Source: an uncultured Nitrososphaerota archaeon (lineage in GTDB: Archaea; Thermoproteota; Nitrososphaeria; Nitrososphaerales; CADDZS01). Taken from it: a DNA stretch of 64,000 nt. Location of the stretch: positions 64,001 through 128,000 of the forward strand of contig CAWCYI010000007.1 of NCBI GenBank assembly GCA_963799845.1, in the 5' to 3' direction. The notes below the pieces were generated by a model. That model searched no databases. It was not told the DNA's origin and saw only the letters and a list, made by a program, of their open reading frames with translations. The translations under genes and the position numbers were made by a program. Positions 61,943 to 64,000 of the stretch are shown piece by piece. Numbering within the stretch: position 1 is the first letter of the stretch; each line of letters opens with the position of its first letter.

Positions 61943-64000
61943 TTGAGAGTCTGGCCGGGTTCTTCGTCTCCTCTGGGAGCGACGTGGGACGGAAGGGGCG
62001 TCAACTTCGCCATCTTCTCTGAAAACGCGACAGGCATAACCCTGCTTCTGTACCAGAGCGAACAGTCAAAAGAACCGAAATACAGAGTTCCATTATCGGA
62101 ACGAACCGGGTACGTCTGGCACGCGTACCTGCCCGATATTCTGCCCGGTCAGTTGTATGCGTATTCTGTAGACGGGCCGTACGATCCTCAGAAAGGCTTT
62201 CGATTCAACCCTAACAAGGCGCTTATCGACCCTTATGCGAAGGCTGTTGCGGGGACGATTTCCTGGGATAACGCGATGTTTGGATACAAAATTGGGGACA
62301 GTTCAGAAGACATGTCATTCGACGAAAGAGATTCGGGCCCGTTTCTCCCAAAGTCCATAGTCATTGATACCGCGTACGACTGGGAAGGGGACAAGCTTCT
62401 ACGAACTCCTTGGAACGAGACCGTGATCTACGAAACACACGTAAAAGGTCTGACGAAGCTCCATCCCGAGGTTCCAGAGGAAGAAAGAGGAACTTATTCG
62501 GGACTTTCTTCACCGAAAATTATCAGGTACCTGAAAGATCTTGGGATAAGCGCAATTGAATTACTTCCGATACATCACCATGTCGACAACAAGTTTCTGG
62601 TAATAGACGGTCTAGTAAACTACTGGGGTTACAATACGATAGGCTACTTTGCTCCAGATTCGCGCTACTCCAGCACTGGAAAGTACGGGGAGCAAGTGAA
62701 GGAGTTCAAGGACATGGTTAAGGCGCTCCACAGAGCCGGAATCGAAGTAATTCTGGATGTAGTCTATAACCATACTGGAGAAGGGAACCAGCTTGGCCCT
62801 ACTCTGAGCTTTCGCGGCATCGACAATACTTCTTACTATCGAGTTTCGCCGGAAAATCCCCGGCTTTATGTCGACTTTACTGGAACGGGAAACAGCCTGA
62901 ATGTGCGCCATCCTAGTGTGATTCAGATGATTATGGACAGTTTGAGGTACTGGGTGCTGGAAATGCACGTGGATGGATTTCGTTTTGATCTTGCTTCGAC
63001 ACTTGCCCGCGAGCTGTGGGAAGTTGATCATCTTTCAAGTTTTTTTGAAGTGATTCAGCAAGATCCCGTTATTTCTCGCGTAAAATTGATCGCCGAACCC
63101 TGGGACCTGGGGAGTGGCGGCTATCAGGTGGGGAATTTTCCCGCCCTTTGGGCCGAATGGAATGCTAAATACAGAGATTCTATCCGCAAGTTCCGGCGTG
63201 GTGACGAAAGTCAGGTCCCTGAGATGGCTTATCGACTAACGGGATCTAGCGATCTCTATCAGGAGAACGGCAGAAATCCACATGCCAGTATCAATTTTGT
63301 GACCTGTCATGACGGGTTTACACTGAACGATCTGGTCAGTTACAACTCAAAACACAACGAGGCTAACAAAGAAGAAAATAGAGATGGAACTGATGATAAC
63401 AACAGTTTCAATTTCGGCGAAGAGGGAGAGACAGCGAATCAGACTATACTCGCTCTACGAACAAAGCAGATGAAGAATTTCCTCTGCACACTCTTTCTTT
63501 CCCAAGGTGTCCCGATGATTTTAGGTGGTGACGAGATCGGGAGGACACAGCAGGGTAACAACAACGCGTACTGTCAGGACAACGAGACAAGTTGGTTCAA
63601 TTGGAACCTTGGCCATCGTCAGAAAGATTTGCTAGATTTCACGACTCGCCTAATTTCCTTTCGAAAGGAGCACCCAATTCTGAGAAGAAGGAAATTTTTC
63701 CAGGGTAGGAAATTATTCGGTGCGTCCAAGGACATAACGTGGCTTCAGCCAAACGGTGAAGAGATGACTGATCAGGCTTGGAATGAATCTCGAATTCATA
63801 CGATTGGAATGATTTTGTCAGGGGACGCAATCGATGAAGTAGATCAGAAAGGTTCCCGAATTGCCGACGATACTCTACTGATATTATTGAACGCTAAGGA
63901 TCAATCTGCAAAGTTTCGAGTACCGAAAGTTTATGAAAAATGGGAAGTTCTGATCCACACCTTGGCTCAGGATATGAAAGAGGGCAAGAGAAAACTTGCG
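61943..64000 (+). CDS. glgX: Glycogen debranching enzyme GlgX/TreX, runs off the window (not in ORF track)
   Basis: TTG start MRVWPGSSSPLGATWDGRGVNFAIFS; NYWGYNT, DVVYNHTGEG, DGFRFDLAS, IAEPWD, HDGFTLNDL, NNNAYCQDN. Confidence 0.95.
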   Translation, partial: MRVWPGSSSPLGATWDGRGVNFAIFSENATGITLLLYQSEQSKEPKYRVPLSERTGYVWHAYLPDILPGQLYAYSVDGPYDPQKGFRFNPNKALIDPYAKAVAGTISWDNAMFGYKIGDSSEDMSFDERDSGPFLPKSIVIDTAYDWEGDKLLRTPWNETVIYETHVKGLTKLHPEVPEEERGTYSGLSSPKIIRYLKDLGISAIELLPIHHHVDNKFLVIDGLVNYWGYNTIGYFAPDSRYSSTGKYGEQVKEFKDMVKALHRAGIEVILDVVYNHTGEGNQLGPTLSFRGIDNTSYYRVSPENPRLYVDFTGTGNSLNVRHPSVIQMIMDSLRYWVLEMHVDGFRFDLASTLARELWEVDHLSSFFEVIQQDPVISRVKLIAEPWDLGSGGYQVGNFPALWAEWNAKYRDSIRKFRRGDESQVPEMAYRLTGSSDLYQENGRNPHASINFVTCHDGFTLNDLVSYNSKHNEANKEENRDGTDDNNSFNFGEEGETANQTILALRTKQMKNFLCTLFLSQGVPMILGGDEIGRTQQGNNNAYCQDNETSWFNWNLGHRQKDLLDFTTRLISFRKEHPILRRRKFFQGRKLFGASKDITWLQPNGEEMTDQAWNESRIHTIGMILSGDAIDEVDQKGSRIADDTLLILLNAKDQSAKFRVPKVYEKWEVLIHTLAQDMKEGKRKLA

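Overview
Archaeal chromosomal window, most consistent with a Nitrososphaerota (Thaumarchaeota)-type lineage: TFB paralogue, PolB1, tetraether synthase, ThyX, class II HMG-CoA reductase, LysW pathway and intron-containing tRNAs. It holds an IS481-family element with a 15-bp target duplication, a PadR/ABC/MFS efflux locus, an 11-gene alpha-aminoadipate/LysW lysine operon, four tRNAs with five introns (two at non-canonical positions), translation and tRNA-modification genes, an orphan arcadin-1-like gene beside polB, and a bacterial-type treS-maltokinase/glgX cluster running off the right end. About 13 genes are split by small indels. Seven of these breaks sit directly beside AGCT, which looks like a DNA-methylation footprint in long-read data rather than real pseudogenisation. 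Several micro-ORFs absent from, or mis-started in, the ORF track are supported: LysW, a 33-aa very basic peptide, a 30-aa very acidic peptide and small Zn-fingers. All assignments come from motif recognition by eye; no database searches were run.
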